Part shown: positions 1 to 9,036 of the stretch, piece by piece
Position numbering within the stretch: the stretch's first letter is position 1
Layout: each line of letters opens with the position of its first letter
Origin: Flavobacteriales bacterium
GTDB lineage: Bacteria > Bacteroidota > Bacteroidia > UBA4408
Length of the DNA: 62,677 nt
Assembly (NCBI GenBank): GCA_040374085.1
Contig: JBEIVB010000005.1
Span: 1-62,677, forward strand
Reading direction: 5' to 3'
Translations under genes and position numbers: made by a program
Notes under the pieces: generated by a model
What the model was told of the DNA's origin: nothing
Databases searched by the model: none
What the model saw: the letters and a program-made list of their open reading frames with translations, nothing else

Positions 1-2
1 CC

Positions 3-464
3 AACCAACTGCTCAGCCGGGTTTCTATGGCAGAGATGACCTCCTACATGCAAAACGTGCTGCTGCGCGATACCGATCAAATGAGCATGGCGGTGGCTTT
101 GGAGGTTCGTGTGCCGTTTTTGGACTATACCTTGGTGGAATACGTCATGCGCCTGAGCGATGCATTAAAACAACCCACAACGCCCAAGAGGCTGTTGGTT
201 TCGGCACTGTCTGATCTGCTTCCCGAGGCCGTTGTGAACCGCCCCAAGATGGGCTTTACCCTGCCCTGGAAACATTGGATGAAAAACGATTTGAAAACCT
301 TTTGTGGCGATCATTTGCGTGCACTGGAGCAACGCGAGTATATGGTTCCCGGAACCATGACCGACTTATGGGAGCGTTTTTTAGCCGACGATCCTCGGGT
401 TACGTGGTCGCGGATTTGGTATCTGGTGGTGCTCGAACATTGGTTGCAGCGTCATGTCCACTGA
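3..464 (+). CDS. asnB: Asparagine synthase (glutamine-hydrolysing)-like amidotransferase, C-terminal part (5'-truncated by window)
   Basis: LLRDTDQMSMAVALEVRVPFLD and RPKMGF motifs of the AsnB C-terminus; frame open from the window start. Confidence 0.9.
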   Translation, partial: NQLLSRVSMAEMTSYMQNVLLRDTDQMSMAVALEVRVPFLDYTLVEYVMRLSDALKQPTTPKRLLVSALSDLLPEAVVNRPKMGFTLPWKHWMKNDLKTFCGDHLRALEQREYMVPGTMTDLWERFLADDPRVTWSRIWYLVVLEHWLQRHVH

Positions 465-1605
465 TACCCGCTTGCACGTAGGTTTGTTTATCGATTGGTA
501 CCTACCCGGTTACCGAGCCGGAGGCCCCATACAATCCATGGCCAACCTGGTGGCGCACCTCTCCTCTGATTTTCGGTTTTCGGTGATTACCCGCGACACC
601 GATTACACCCAAACCACCCCCATGCCCAACATTGTCTCCAATGCCTGGAATGAATTGGAGAACGGCACGCGTGTTTATTATTTTTCTTTTCAGGCATTGA
701 GCTATTCCTCCATGCTTGCATTGGTTCAGGCAGAGGGCTTTGATGCGGTTTATGTGAACGGCATCTTCTCCCGGGCCTTCTCTCACTGGCCGTTGAAAGC
801 TGCTGCTGCGGCAGGGGTTGCCCACCGCGTAATTGGAGCACGCGGAATGCTGGCACCTGGAGCCCTGGCGCAAAAAGCCATAAAAAAGCGTCTGTTTTTA
901 TGGTATGCTCGTTATGGAACCCTTTTTTCGGGATGCCGCTTTCACGCCACCAATGCCGAAGAGGCGGCACAAATAGCGCGGTGGTTTCCCGGGTGGCCGG
1001 TGCACACCGCAGGTAATCTTTCCAAGCCGCTGTCGGCAACCATGCCAGCTCACGAGGAGAAGGAAAAGGGCGTGCTCCGTTTGGTAAGCATTGCCCGCAT
1101 TGCCCCGGAAAAGAACTTGTCTTTTGCTCTGGAGTGCATACTCCACGCCAACGTGCCGGTGCGCCTCAGCATCTACGGGCCTGTTTACGACGAGGGCTAC
1201 TGGCAGCATTGTCTTGATCTTATAAAAAAGCTTCCTGTTGGAGCCTCTGCCCAATACCACGGAAGCCTACCTCCTTCAGAAGCAGCGGGGGTACTCGCTC
1301 GCCACGATGCTTTGTTTCTGCCCACCTTGGGCGAAAACTTTGGTCACATCGTACTGGAGGCTTTTCAGGCCGGGGTTCCCGTGCTCATCAGCAACCGCAC
1401 ACCTTGGCGCAATCTGCAAGAAAAAAATGCGGGATGGGATTTGCCGCTCGAGGATCCTAAGGCATTTGCAGATGCCTTAGATAAGCTGGTTGCCATGGGA
1501 CAGCGTGAGTTCGATGGCTTGCGCTCAGGCGCGTTTTCCATTGGCCTTGCCTATGCGCAAGACGCTCAGGTGGTGGAAGACAACCGCCGCTTATTTATGC
1601 CCTGA
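454..1605 (+). CDS. Glycosyltransferase family 4
   Basis: ARIAPEKN and ENFGHIVLEA (EX7E) GT-B motifs; overlaps the asnB stop. Confidence 0.9.
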   Translation: MSTDTRLHVGLFIDWYLPGYRAGGPIQSMANLVAHLSSDFRFSVITRDTDYTQTTPMPNIVSNAWNELENGTRVYYFSFQALSYSSMLALVQAEGFDAVYVNGIFSRAFSHWPLKAAAAAGVAHRVIGARGMLAPGALAQKAIKKRLFLWYARYGTLFSGCRFHATNAEEAAQIARWFPGWPVHTAGNLSKPLSATMPAHEEKEKGVLRLVSIARIAPEKNLSFALECILHANVPVRLSIYGPVYDEGYWQHCLDLIKKLPVGASAQYHGSLPPSEAAGVLARHDALFLPTLGENFGHIVLEAFQAGVPVLISNRTPWRNLQEKNAGWDLPLEDPKAFADALDKLVAMGQREFDGLRSGAFSIGLAYAQDAQVVEDNRRLFMP

Positions 1606-1606
1606 A

Positions 1607-4036
1607 TCAGCCCCGCAACTCAGCACCCACCTCTTTCCGAAAGGCATTCAGCAACTTCGACACCACCTGCTCAATCTCCTGATCGGTGAGTGTGGCCTCG
1701 GGATTGTATAAGGTAAAACCAATGGCGTATGATTTCTTTCCGGCAGGCAACTTATCGCCTTGATAGACGTCGAAGAGGTTGATGTTCTTCAGCCAGCGTT
1801 TCTCTGTTTTCCGGGCTAGGTCGGCAAGGGCGTTATAGGTAACCTGGTGGTCTACCACCAGCGCAAGATCGCGCCTCACCTCAGGGTATTTGGGCAGTTC
1901 GGCAAACCTAGGCGTGGTTCCGGCCGACTTCATTAGGGCCGGCCAATGCACTTCAGCGTAGGCCACTGACTCTTTTACGCCATAGGCTTTTCGTGCAGCC
2001 TGTCCAACCCAACCAATGCGGGCCAGCAGCATGCCCGATGAGGTATATTCCAAGACCTCTCCTTGCCACGATGCATCGCTGCGGATACTGGTTTCGAAGG
2101 ACACATTGAGCCGCTTGAACAAACGTTCGGCCAAACCTTTCAGCACAAAAGGGTTGCTGGGTGCAGATGCCTGCATCCAGGTTTCCGGCATACGCTTGCC
2201 TGCTGCCCACAAGGCCAGCATGGGTTCTTCCACGATGCTTTGGGTTTCGGGCGATTGACCATAAACCTTCCCAAACTCAAAATAAAGCCCATCCGGGCGC
2301 TGTCGGTTTCGGTTGTGGGCGATGGTTTGCAGTCCACCCGGCAGCATGCTGGGGCGTAGAACGTTGAGTTCAGAAGAGAGAGGATTCAGCAACCCAATGG
2401 GCTGCCCGGCACCTTGTACCTCGGCCTGCGCCAGCTGAGCTGCACCTTGAAGCGACATGGCCATGATTTCTAGAAAGCCCTGTGCTACCAACCACTCCGA
2501 TGCCAACTGCTGTAGGCGTTCGCCCATTTGAGGTGCTTGCATGTGGGTGTTTACAGATACTTTTCCCGGCAGGGGCACACGGTTGTAGCCGTAGATGCGC
2601 AACACCTCTTCGGTAACATCGGCCTCGCGTTTAACATCCACCTTTGCAGACGGTATCCTAAGCAGGAATGCCTCTTCCGATTGTTCGAGGAGCTCAATGC
2701 CCAATCCTTCAAGAATGCGCAACAGGTCGTTGGTTGGAAGAGTGTAACCGATGAGGTCGAAGGCTTTTTTGATTCGGTAGGAGAGGGTAACCGGCTGAAT
2801 GGATTCGGCCTCTACTGCGCGAATTTGGCCGCTTACATGGGCGCCCCCGAGGGAACAAAGTAAATAGGCCGCTCTCTCCATGGCCCATTGGCACATACCC
2901 GGGTCTGTGCCTCTTTCGAACCGAAAGGAGCTGTCGGTCTTGATGCCGTGTCGGGCCGAAGTACGCCGTACTCGGGTGGGCCAAAAGCAGGCCGATTCCA
3001 ACACGATGCGGCGGGTGGTTTCTGTTACCCCGCTGTTGGCACCGCCATACACACCCGCAAGGCAAAGGGCCTGCTGGGCATCGGCAATCACCACGTCTTC
3101 GGCATGCAGTGCAATGCTTTTTCCATCGAGCAGGATGATGCTTTCTCCGGCTTTTGCAAATCGCACATCCAGTTTTCCGCCTGCTATTTTATCGGCATCA
3201 AAGGCATGCAAGGGTTGGCCGCATTCCCATAATACAAAGTTTGTAATATCCACCACAAGGTTAATGGGGCGGAGGCCAATGGCCTGCAGGCGATGCTGCA
3301 TCCATTCGGGAGAGGGTCCGTTGGTAAGGCCATCCAACACCAGAGTAAGATAGCGTTGAGCAGCATCTGCCTGAACCGCAACTTCGAAGCTATGAGCACC
3401 GGAAGGTAAGGGTAGGGTAGGGGGCAAAACCAAGCTGCGGGCTTCGCCGGCTGGGCGCTCCCAATCGAGGGCCACTAGGTCGCGCGCAACCCCCAAATGG
3501 CTGGAGGCATCTACGCGGTTTGGGGTAAGGCCAATCTCCAAAACCAAATCCTGTACAACTTTCAGGTAGTCGGCTACCGGCATGCCCACCGGAGCATCTG
3601 CCGGAAGTACCAGAATGCCGTTGTGGCTGCTACCAATCCCGATTTCGTCTTCGGCACACAGCATGCCTTCCGAAACAGCTCCCCGAATTTTGGATTTTTT
3701 GATCTCCAACGGTTCCCCCTCCATGGGGTGCAATAAAGCGCCCACGGTGGCCACAACCACTTTTTGACCGGCGGCTACATTAGGAGCACCGCACACAATC
3801 GAGAGGGGAGCCGCGCCACCAACAGAAACGGTGGTAAGAGAAAGGCGATCCGCATCGGGATGTTTGGCGCAGGTAAGCACCTCGCCCACAAAAAGCCCCT
3901 GAAGTCCACCCCCAACAGAATGCCAGGTAGAAATGCCTTCCACCTCAAGTCCGCAAGCGGTAAGGGCTTCGGCGGTTTCTGGTGCAGATGGGCAAGAGGA
4001 TAGGTAGGAGGAGAGCCAGGAATAGGAGATGTTCAT
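1607..4036 (-). CDS. pheT: Phenylalanine--tRNA ligase beta subunit
   Basis: MNISYSWL start, KHPDADRL, IVCGAPNV, SEGMLC, LTPNR, RFERG, C-terminal FDX-ACB domain (RRDLAL...GKKSYA); start set at ATG 4036. Confidence 0.97.
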   Translation of the reverse strand: MNISYSWLSSYLSSCPSAPETAEALTACGLEVEGISTWHSVGGGLQGLFVGEVLTCAKHPDADRLSLTTVSVGGAAPLSIVCGAPNVAAGQKVVVATVGALLHPMEGEPLEIKKSKIRGAVSEGMLCAEDEIGIGSSHNGILVLPADAPVGMPVADYLKVVQDLVLEIGLTPNRVDASSHLGVARDLVALDWERPAGEARSLVLPPTLPLPSGAHSFEVAVQADAAQRYLTLVLDGLTNGPSPEWMQHRLQAIGLRPINLVVDITNFVLWECGQPLHAFDADKIAGGKLDVRFAKAGESIILLDGKSIALHAEDVVIADAQQALCLAGVYGGANSGVTETTRRIVLESACFWPTRVRRTSARHGIKTDSSFRFERGTDPGMCQWAMERAAYLLCSLGGAHVSGQIRAVEAESIQPVTLSYRIKKAFDLIGYTLPTNDLLRILEGLGIELLEQSEEAFLLRIPSAKVDVKREADVTEEVLRIYGYNRVPLPGKVSVNTHMQAPQMGERLQQLASEWLVAQGFLEIMAMSLQGAAQLAQAEVQGAGQPIGLLNPLSSELNVLRPSMLPGGLQTIAHNRNRQRPDGLYFEFGKVYGQSPETQSIVEEPMLALWAAGKRMPETWMQASAPSNPFVLKGLAERLFKRLNVSFETSIRSDASWQGEVLEYTSSGMLLARIGWVGQAARKAYGVKESVAYAEVHWPALMKSAGTTPRFAELPKYPEVRRDLALVVDHQVTYNALADLARKTEKRWLKNINLFDVYQGDKLPAGKKSYAIGFTLYNPEATLTDQEIEQVVSKLLNAFRKEVGAELRG

Positions 4037-4765
4037 GCCGATAAAAAAAGGTGCAGATTCATGAGCGGCTAAGGTAGCCATTTCCCGCCCAATGAAATCG
4101 ATGGCCAAGGCATAAAAAGGAACTGGGCTCCCTTGCCAAAGCAAGCGTCTCGCAGTTGGGGCTTAGGAAACCCATGAGCGAAGCCGAGTTCAGTTGTGCA
4201 TCGACCCGGCGGGTTTCCATAGCGTAGGTTAGATGAGCAGGTTGATTTTGTTTTTGGATTATCGCTCAAGCATACGAAGCATGGCCAACGTAATTTTTAA
4301 AGTTCGCTGCGCATCCTTTCCTTTAGTGTGTTGGAAAGGAAAATCAGGAGCTATAAAACTCATTTCGGTGAAAAAATGGATTGGGTAGCTGGGTTGCGTT
4401 CAAGACCAATTGCTGTTGATGTGCTGCTAAGGAAGTGCTTGGGTCGATTTGGCGGATGAAGCGTTTGTGCTCACAAAAAAAATGACAAATTTATTTGCAA
4501 AAGTGACGAAATTGATTATCTTAGATGGCCCGAACCCCAAACGGGAAAATACCTACTTGCTGTTTTTTTCATGTTTTGAAAAGGTTTTACATACAAGCAT
4601 AATATTGTACCTAATGGCTACCCATCTAATGAGCAAAAGTTTAGCTGTTGCAAATCTTGACAAGTTTCTGAAAAGTACATCAAATGAGAGCGTTATGGAG
4701 TTGTTTGGTTTAAATTGCATAAAGAAGTTAACGAATACATTAATATTATTTTAAAACATATATTT

Positions 4766-5602
4766 ATGAAATCTGAAGAAATTAAAGCATTGTTTGTTCA
4801 ATTTGAATCAGCGGCAGTTGAACTTGAGGGCGTTGAATGTTGGAGCGCACGTGAATTGCAAGATTTGCTGGGATACAGCAAATGGGAAAACTTTGAGAAG
4901 GTAATTCTAAAGGCCAAAGATGCTTGCAGACATGCCGGCGAGGAAATTGAATACCATTTTCCTGACGTCAGGAAGATGGTCAAAATCGGCTCCAGAGCTG
5001 AGAAAGAGATAGATGACATACTCTTGACTCGATATGCTTGTTACCTCATTGCACAGAATGGAGACAGCCGAAAGCAGGAGATTGCGTTTGCCCAAAACTA
5101 CTTTGCTGTGCAAACCCGCAGGGCTGAGTTGGTAGAACAACGGCTGTTAGAATTTGAACGGGTAAAAGCAAGGGAGAAATTAAGTCGAACAGAGAAGCAG
5201 CTTTCTGCCATTTTGTATGAACGAGGTGTGGACAATCAGGGTTTTGCAGTAATCCGCAGCATGGGCGACCAGGCATTGTTTAGGTTGAATACACAGATGC
5301 TGAAAAGAAAGATGGGTGTTCCAGAGAGCCGGGCCGTTGCTGATTTTCTACCTACCATTAGCATTAAAGCAAAAGATTTGGCGGCTGAAATGACAGGCTT
5401 AAATGTGCAGGGAAAGGATCTGCAAGGGCAACGTAAAATTGAAAAAGAACATGTTGACAACAACCTGGCAGTAAGAGAAATGCTGACTAAAAGAGGCATT
5501 GTTCCAGAGAAATTACCTGCTGCCGAAGATGTAAAGAAACTGCAAAGGAAATTGGAAAGTGATGAAAAGAAAATGCTGAAGGGAGCAAAGAAGAAAAAGT
5601 AA
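4766..5602 (+). CDS. dinD: DNA damage-inducible protein D (BRO-N domain)
   Basis: WSARELQDLLGY, LTRYACYLIAQNGD, AFAQNYFAVQTR and EHVDNN motifs typical of DinD. Confidence 0.9.
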   Translation: MKSEEIKALFVQFESAAVELEGVECWSARELQDLLGYSKWENFEKVILKAKDACRHAGEEIEYHFPDVRKMVKIGSRAEKEIDDILLTRYACYLIAQNGDSRKQEIAFAQNYFAVQTRRAELVEQRLLEFERVKAREKLSRTEKQLSAILYERGVDNQGFAVIRSMGDQALFRLNTQMLKRKMGVPESRAVADFLPTISIKAKDLAAEMTGLNVQGKDLQGQRKIEKEHVDNNLAVREMLTKRGIVPEKLPAAEDVKKLQRKLESDEKKMLKGAKKKK

Positions 5603-5891
5603 ACGATGTAGCTGTGCAGCCGAAAGCTGCTCGATCTTGGTTCCCAAACATACCCCTGTAGCAAAAGGCTTCACAGATTGTTTAAAAATTTTGATTTTAT
5701 CTTTTAGTTTTAATAATAAAAAAAATATAAAAATTATGAATTGGATTTGTATCAATCGTAATTAAATCCTTCAAGTTTCTTGTTGGGTGCGCACATTTCG
5801 TGTGCGATATTTGGGCTATAGGTTGAGTTTTCTATTTTCAAGTTTTTCCAACCTCTCCATAAAGGAAACGCTTAAACTGCTACCTTTCGGA

Positions 5892-7061
5892 ATGAATCAA
5901 CTGCAGATGAACATCATTCGATGTTTTCTTGTTTGCCTTGTATGCTGCAAGGCACCTGTTTATGCCCAATACATAGGGCATATAACATCCACTTTCACAG
6001 ATCCAAGTCGCAACAATCGCCTCGTATCGGCTGAAGTTTATTACCCTTCAACTTCTGCCGGTAACAACACACCTCTTGCTGTGGGTGTTTTCCCGTTGAT
6101 TGTCTTTGGGCACGGCTTTGTGATGGCCCCCAGCGCTTATCAAAACATCTGTACATCGCTTGTGCCCGAAGGTTACATTGTAGTGCTTCCCTCTACTGAG
6201 AGTGGTTTTTCACCCGCGCATGCGGCATTTGGCCAGGATTTGCGATTTCTTGTTTCTGAAATTCAAAGCAACGGGGTGGGAGCCCTAATTCCAAGTTCCG
6301 GAGTTGCTGCAAATGCCGCCATCATGGGTCATTCCATGGGTGGTGGGGCATCTTTTCTTGCCGGTGCAAACAACAATTCCATAGCCACCCTAGTTTCTTT
6401 TGCAGCGGCAAATACTAACCCATCCTCAATCTTGGCGGCAGTTCAGGTTTTGGTGCCCACCTTAATTTTTAGTGGCACCAACGATTGCGTAGCTCCACCC
6501 GCACAGCATCAGAATCTCATGTATGATTCTACTCAATCGATTTATAAAACTCAAATAAACATAACAGGAGGAGGACACTGCTACTTTGCCGAAAACAATT
6601 TCAATTGCTCTTTTGGCGAAGGAACCTGCTCGCCTTCTCCAACCATTTCTCGAGTGCAGCAACAAAGCACGGTTTCGGATTTTCTAAAGCCGTGGCTGGC
6701 CTACTTTCTGAAGGGAGACTGCCCTCAGGCACAGGTGTTTCAGGATTCTCTTTTTCAGAGTTCGCGCATTTCTTTTCGCCAAAGTCAACCCATCTCATGC
6801 GCGGCAACCCGTCTGGAAGGGTCTGTGAGCGAACGTGAGTTTTGGGTGTACCCCAATCCGGCCCACGGTTCCTTTACCCTGGTAGGCTATGCACCAGACC
6901 TAAACCGAATCTCGATTTTCAGCGCAGAAGGGTTGCAGGTAATGAACCTGAATGTGAGCAATGCAACAGCACAACAGACCTTCGATCTCTCGACATTATC
7001 GCCGGGAGTGTATGTGCTGAGGAGTATGCGTTATCAGCAAAAAGTAATGATTCTTCCGTAA
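5892..7061 (+). CDS. Secreted alpha/beta hydrolase (chlorophyllase/cutinase-like) with T9SS C-terminal domain
   Basis: Signal peptide; HGF, GHSMGGG, GTNDCV and GGGHC motifs; VYPNP...LSPGVY CTD; start 5892 or 5907. Confidence 0.85.
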   Translation: MNQLQMNIIRCFLVCLVCCKAPVYAQYIGHITSTFTDPSRNNRLVSAEVYYPSTSAGNNTPLAVGVFPLIVFGHGFVMAPSAYQNICTSLVPEGYIVVLPSTESGFSPAHAAFGQDLRFLVSEIQSNGVGALIPSSGVAANAAIMGHSMGGGASFLAGANNNSIATLVSFAAANTNPSSILAAVQVLVPTLIFSGTNDCVAPPAQHQNLMYDSTQSIYKTQINITGGGHCYFAENNFNCSFGEGTCSPSPTISRVQQQSTVSDFLKPWLAYFLKGDCPQAQVFQDSLFQSSRISFRQSQPISCAATRLEGSVSEREFWVYPNPAHGSFTLVGYAPDLNRISIFSAEGLQVMNLNVSNATAQQTFDLSTLSPGVYVLRSMRYQQKVMILP

Positions 7062-7116
7062 GCACCGGGGTTGCCCAGATTCTTACCAAGCGCGTTAATG
7101 GGCCAATGCGTTTTGC

Positions 7117-7509
7117 TTATGCGCTGTATACCCTGAGCGAGGTTCCGGTTAAGCTGGTAAGGTATTTGGTAAGTGGGGTGTTGGCTGGGCCGTTGGTAAC
7201 AGCACCGGTCTCGGAGAAAGTGGCACCGTGGCGGGAGCAATAAAACCTTCCGTTGGTGAAGGTTACGTTTTGCCCTTCATGTGTGCATGCAGCAGATACC
7301 GCAATGTAGTTGCCACTCTGGGTGCGGGCCACAATTACTCCGTTCTGCACCAAGTATCCACCGTTTTGGGCCAGTGCACCGCTGCTTACATCCAGGGTAA
7401 AATCTACTGTGGTGCTGGTGGTGCTCTTTGCACAGCCCGAAAGGCATTGCTCAATAATAATGGCACCAACACCTATGCCGACCATGGAAAAAAATTGTTT
7501 GCGATCCAT
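7117..7509 (-). CDS. Small Rieske [2Fe-2S] protein, probable lipoprotein
   Basis: CTHEG...CSRHGATF cluster motifs; MDRKQF Tat-like N-terminus and LSGC lipobox. Confidence 0.9.
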   Translation of the reverse strand: MDRKQFFSMVGIGVGAIIIEQCLSGCAKSTTSTTVDFTLDVSSGALAQNGGYLVQNGVIVARTQSGNYIAVSAACTHEGQNVTFTNGRFYCSRHGATFSETGAVTNGPANTPLTKYLTSLTGTSLRVYSA

Positions 7510-7555
7510 AAATTGGTTTTTTCCGAAGTACGCAAAACTTGAGTCATCCGTCGAT

Positions 7556-7563
7556 TAGCTTTG
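7556..7563 (+). promoter_or_regulatory. Bacteroidota -7 promoter element TAGCTTTG
   Basis: Matches TAnnTTTG, 14 nt before ATG 7578. Confidence 0.6.
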
Positions 7564-7577
7564 TAAAAAAAACAAAG

Positions 7578-8369
7578 ATGAAGCAGATGTTCCTTTTTCT
7601 GATGTTGCTGGCTGCCTCAACTGCCATTGCCGAAGGTACCGATGCGGTTGCCGCGCGTGAGGTAAGCTACCCTGCTTTTGGTACCACCGGAAAGGGCATG
7701 GTGGCATGGGATTCTTCTTTTGCAGGGCCTAGGCCTGTTGTTTATGTATTTCCCGAATGGTGGGGCTGCAACGGCTACACGCGCATGAGGGCCAAGATGC
7801 TTGCTGGCTTGGGGTACTTTGCGGTTGCGGTGGATGTGTACGGTGAGGGCAAGCAAGCCCAAACACCCGAGGAGGCTCAGCAACTTGCGGGGCCATTTTA
7901 CGCCCAGCCCGGACGGGTGGGAAGTGTGCTGATGGCAGCCAGAAGCATGGCTTCTAAATTTCCTCAAGCCGACGTCTTGCGCGAGGCAGCTGTGGGCTAC
8001 TGCTTTGGCGGCACCATGGTGCTCAACCTTATGCGAAGGGCCGAAAAGCTTAGGGCCGTTGTGGCATTTCACGGCGGATTGAAAGGTCAGGCCCCAAAAG
8101 AGGGTTCAAAGGTACCGGCGGTGATGGTGTGCCACGGTGAAGCGGATTCCTTTGTACCCAAAAAGGAAGTGGATGCGTTTGAATCCGAAATGCGCCAACA
8201 ACACATTCCGTTTACCCTTAAGCGGTATGCCAATTGCACCCATGCGTTTACCAACCCCGATGCCACAGAAAATGGAAAGCGCTTTAATCTGCCTATAGCC
8301 TATAACGAAGCCGGCGATCAGGCATCATGGAAAGACTTAAAGGCTTTCTTGGCCACCCACTTCAAATAG
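7578..8369 (+). CDS. Dienelactone hydrolase family protein
   Basis: PEWWG, GYCFGG nucleophile motif, HGEAD, HAFTNP; signal peptide. Confidence 0.92.
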   Translation: MKQMFLFLMLLAASTAIAEGTDAVAAREVSYPAFGTTGKGMVAWDSSFAGPRPVVYVFPEWWGCNGYTRMRAKMLAGLGYFAVAVDVYGEGKQAQTPEEAQQLAGPFYAQPGRVGSVLMAARSMASKFPQADVLREAAVGYCFGGTMVLNLMRRAEKLRAVVAFHGGLKGQAPKEGSKVPAVMVCHGEADSFVPKKEVDAFESEMRQQHIPFTLKRYANCTHAFTNPDATENGKRFNLPIAYNEAGDQASWKDLKAFLATHFK

Positions 8370-9011
8370 TTCCCTTGCAAGGTTTATTTTACCTGTTTGT
8401 ATTATAAAAATACATCTTTCCCAAACCTGCAGGCAGAAGTTTTGACCGAAACCAATATCCATCCGCACACCCTCCGAAAATTCAATGTGCATGCCTGTGC
8501 TCTCTGCACTCATTCGCCCCAGAACAACCGGCTGCTGCCCGAATCCTTGTGCATCGCCTAAAATGCATCTTCGCGGTTGAGAAACAAACCCTCGTTTCCA
8601 TCTCTTACAGCAGCAAGATTTTTGTCGGCAACACGGGTCAGTCCGCCGGGTGCAGAGGCTCGGTAACCAACCCCGCTTTCGGAATAGCTTACCCCGGCCA
8701 CCCGTGGATGGATTCCGGTATTCAAATCAAAAAGGAGTTATGAGCTTTTATTGGACCTGTCTGAACTCTTGAGATCCGAGCCCATGTGCACCATATCGCT
8801 TTTGTTGCCGAAGGGCATAATGAATGTGATGTGCCGATCGTAGGTAACAGAGCAGTTAGCTGTCTGAAATCTGCGTAGCCTTTCATGGGTCATTTTGTTG
8901 GGTTAGGACTGCGTGTTGGAACCCAATTGGTCAAACGGTCGTGGAAATGCCAGATGCAGATTGAGGTTAGAAAAGATTGTATAGTCACACAGCGTTGCCT
9001 CTACAATGCTT

Positions 9012-9019
9012 TATTTTTG
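9012..9019 (+). promoter_or_regulatory. -7 promoter element TATTTTTG
   Basis: TAnnTTTG upstream of ATG 9037. Confidence 0.55.
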
Positions 9020-9036
9020 CGATCATTGACAACACA

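Noticed and set aside
4037-4144. N-terminal extension of PheT in the ORF track
   Set aside because: The conserved PheT start is MNISYSWL at 4036, and a promoter-like TACCTTAG lies within the extension
4449-4754. 101-aa ORF upstream of dinD
   Set aside because: TTG start, AT-rich, no motif; likely spurious
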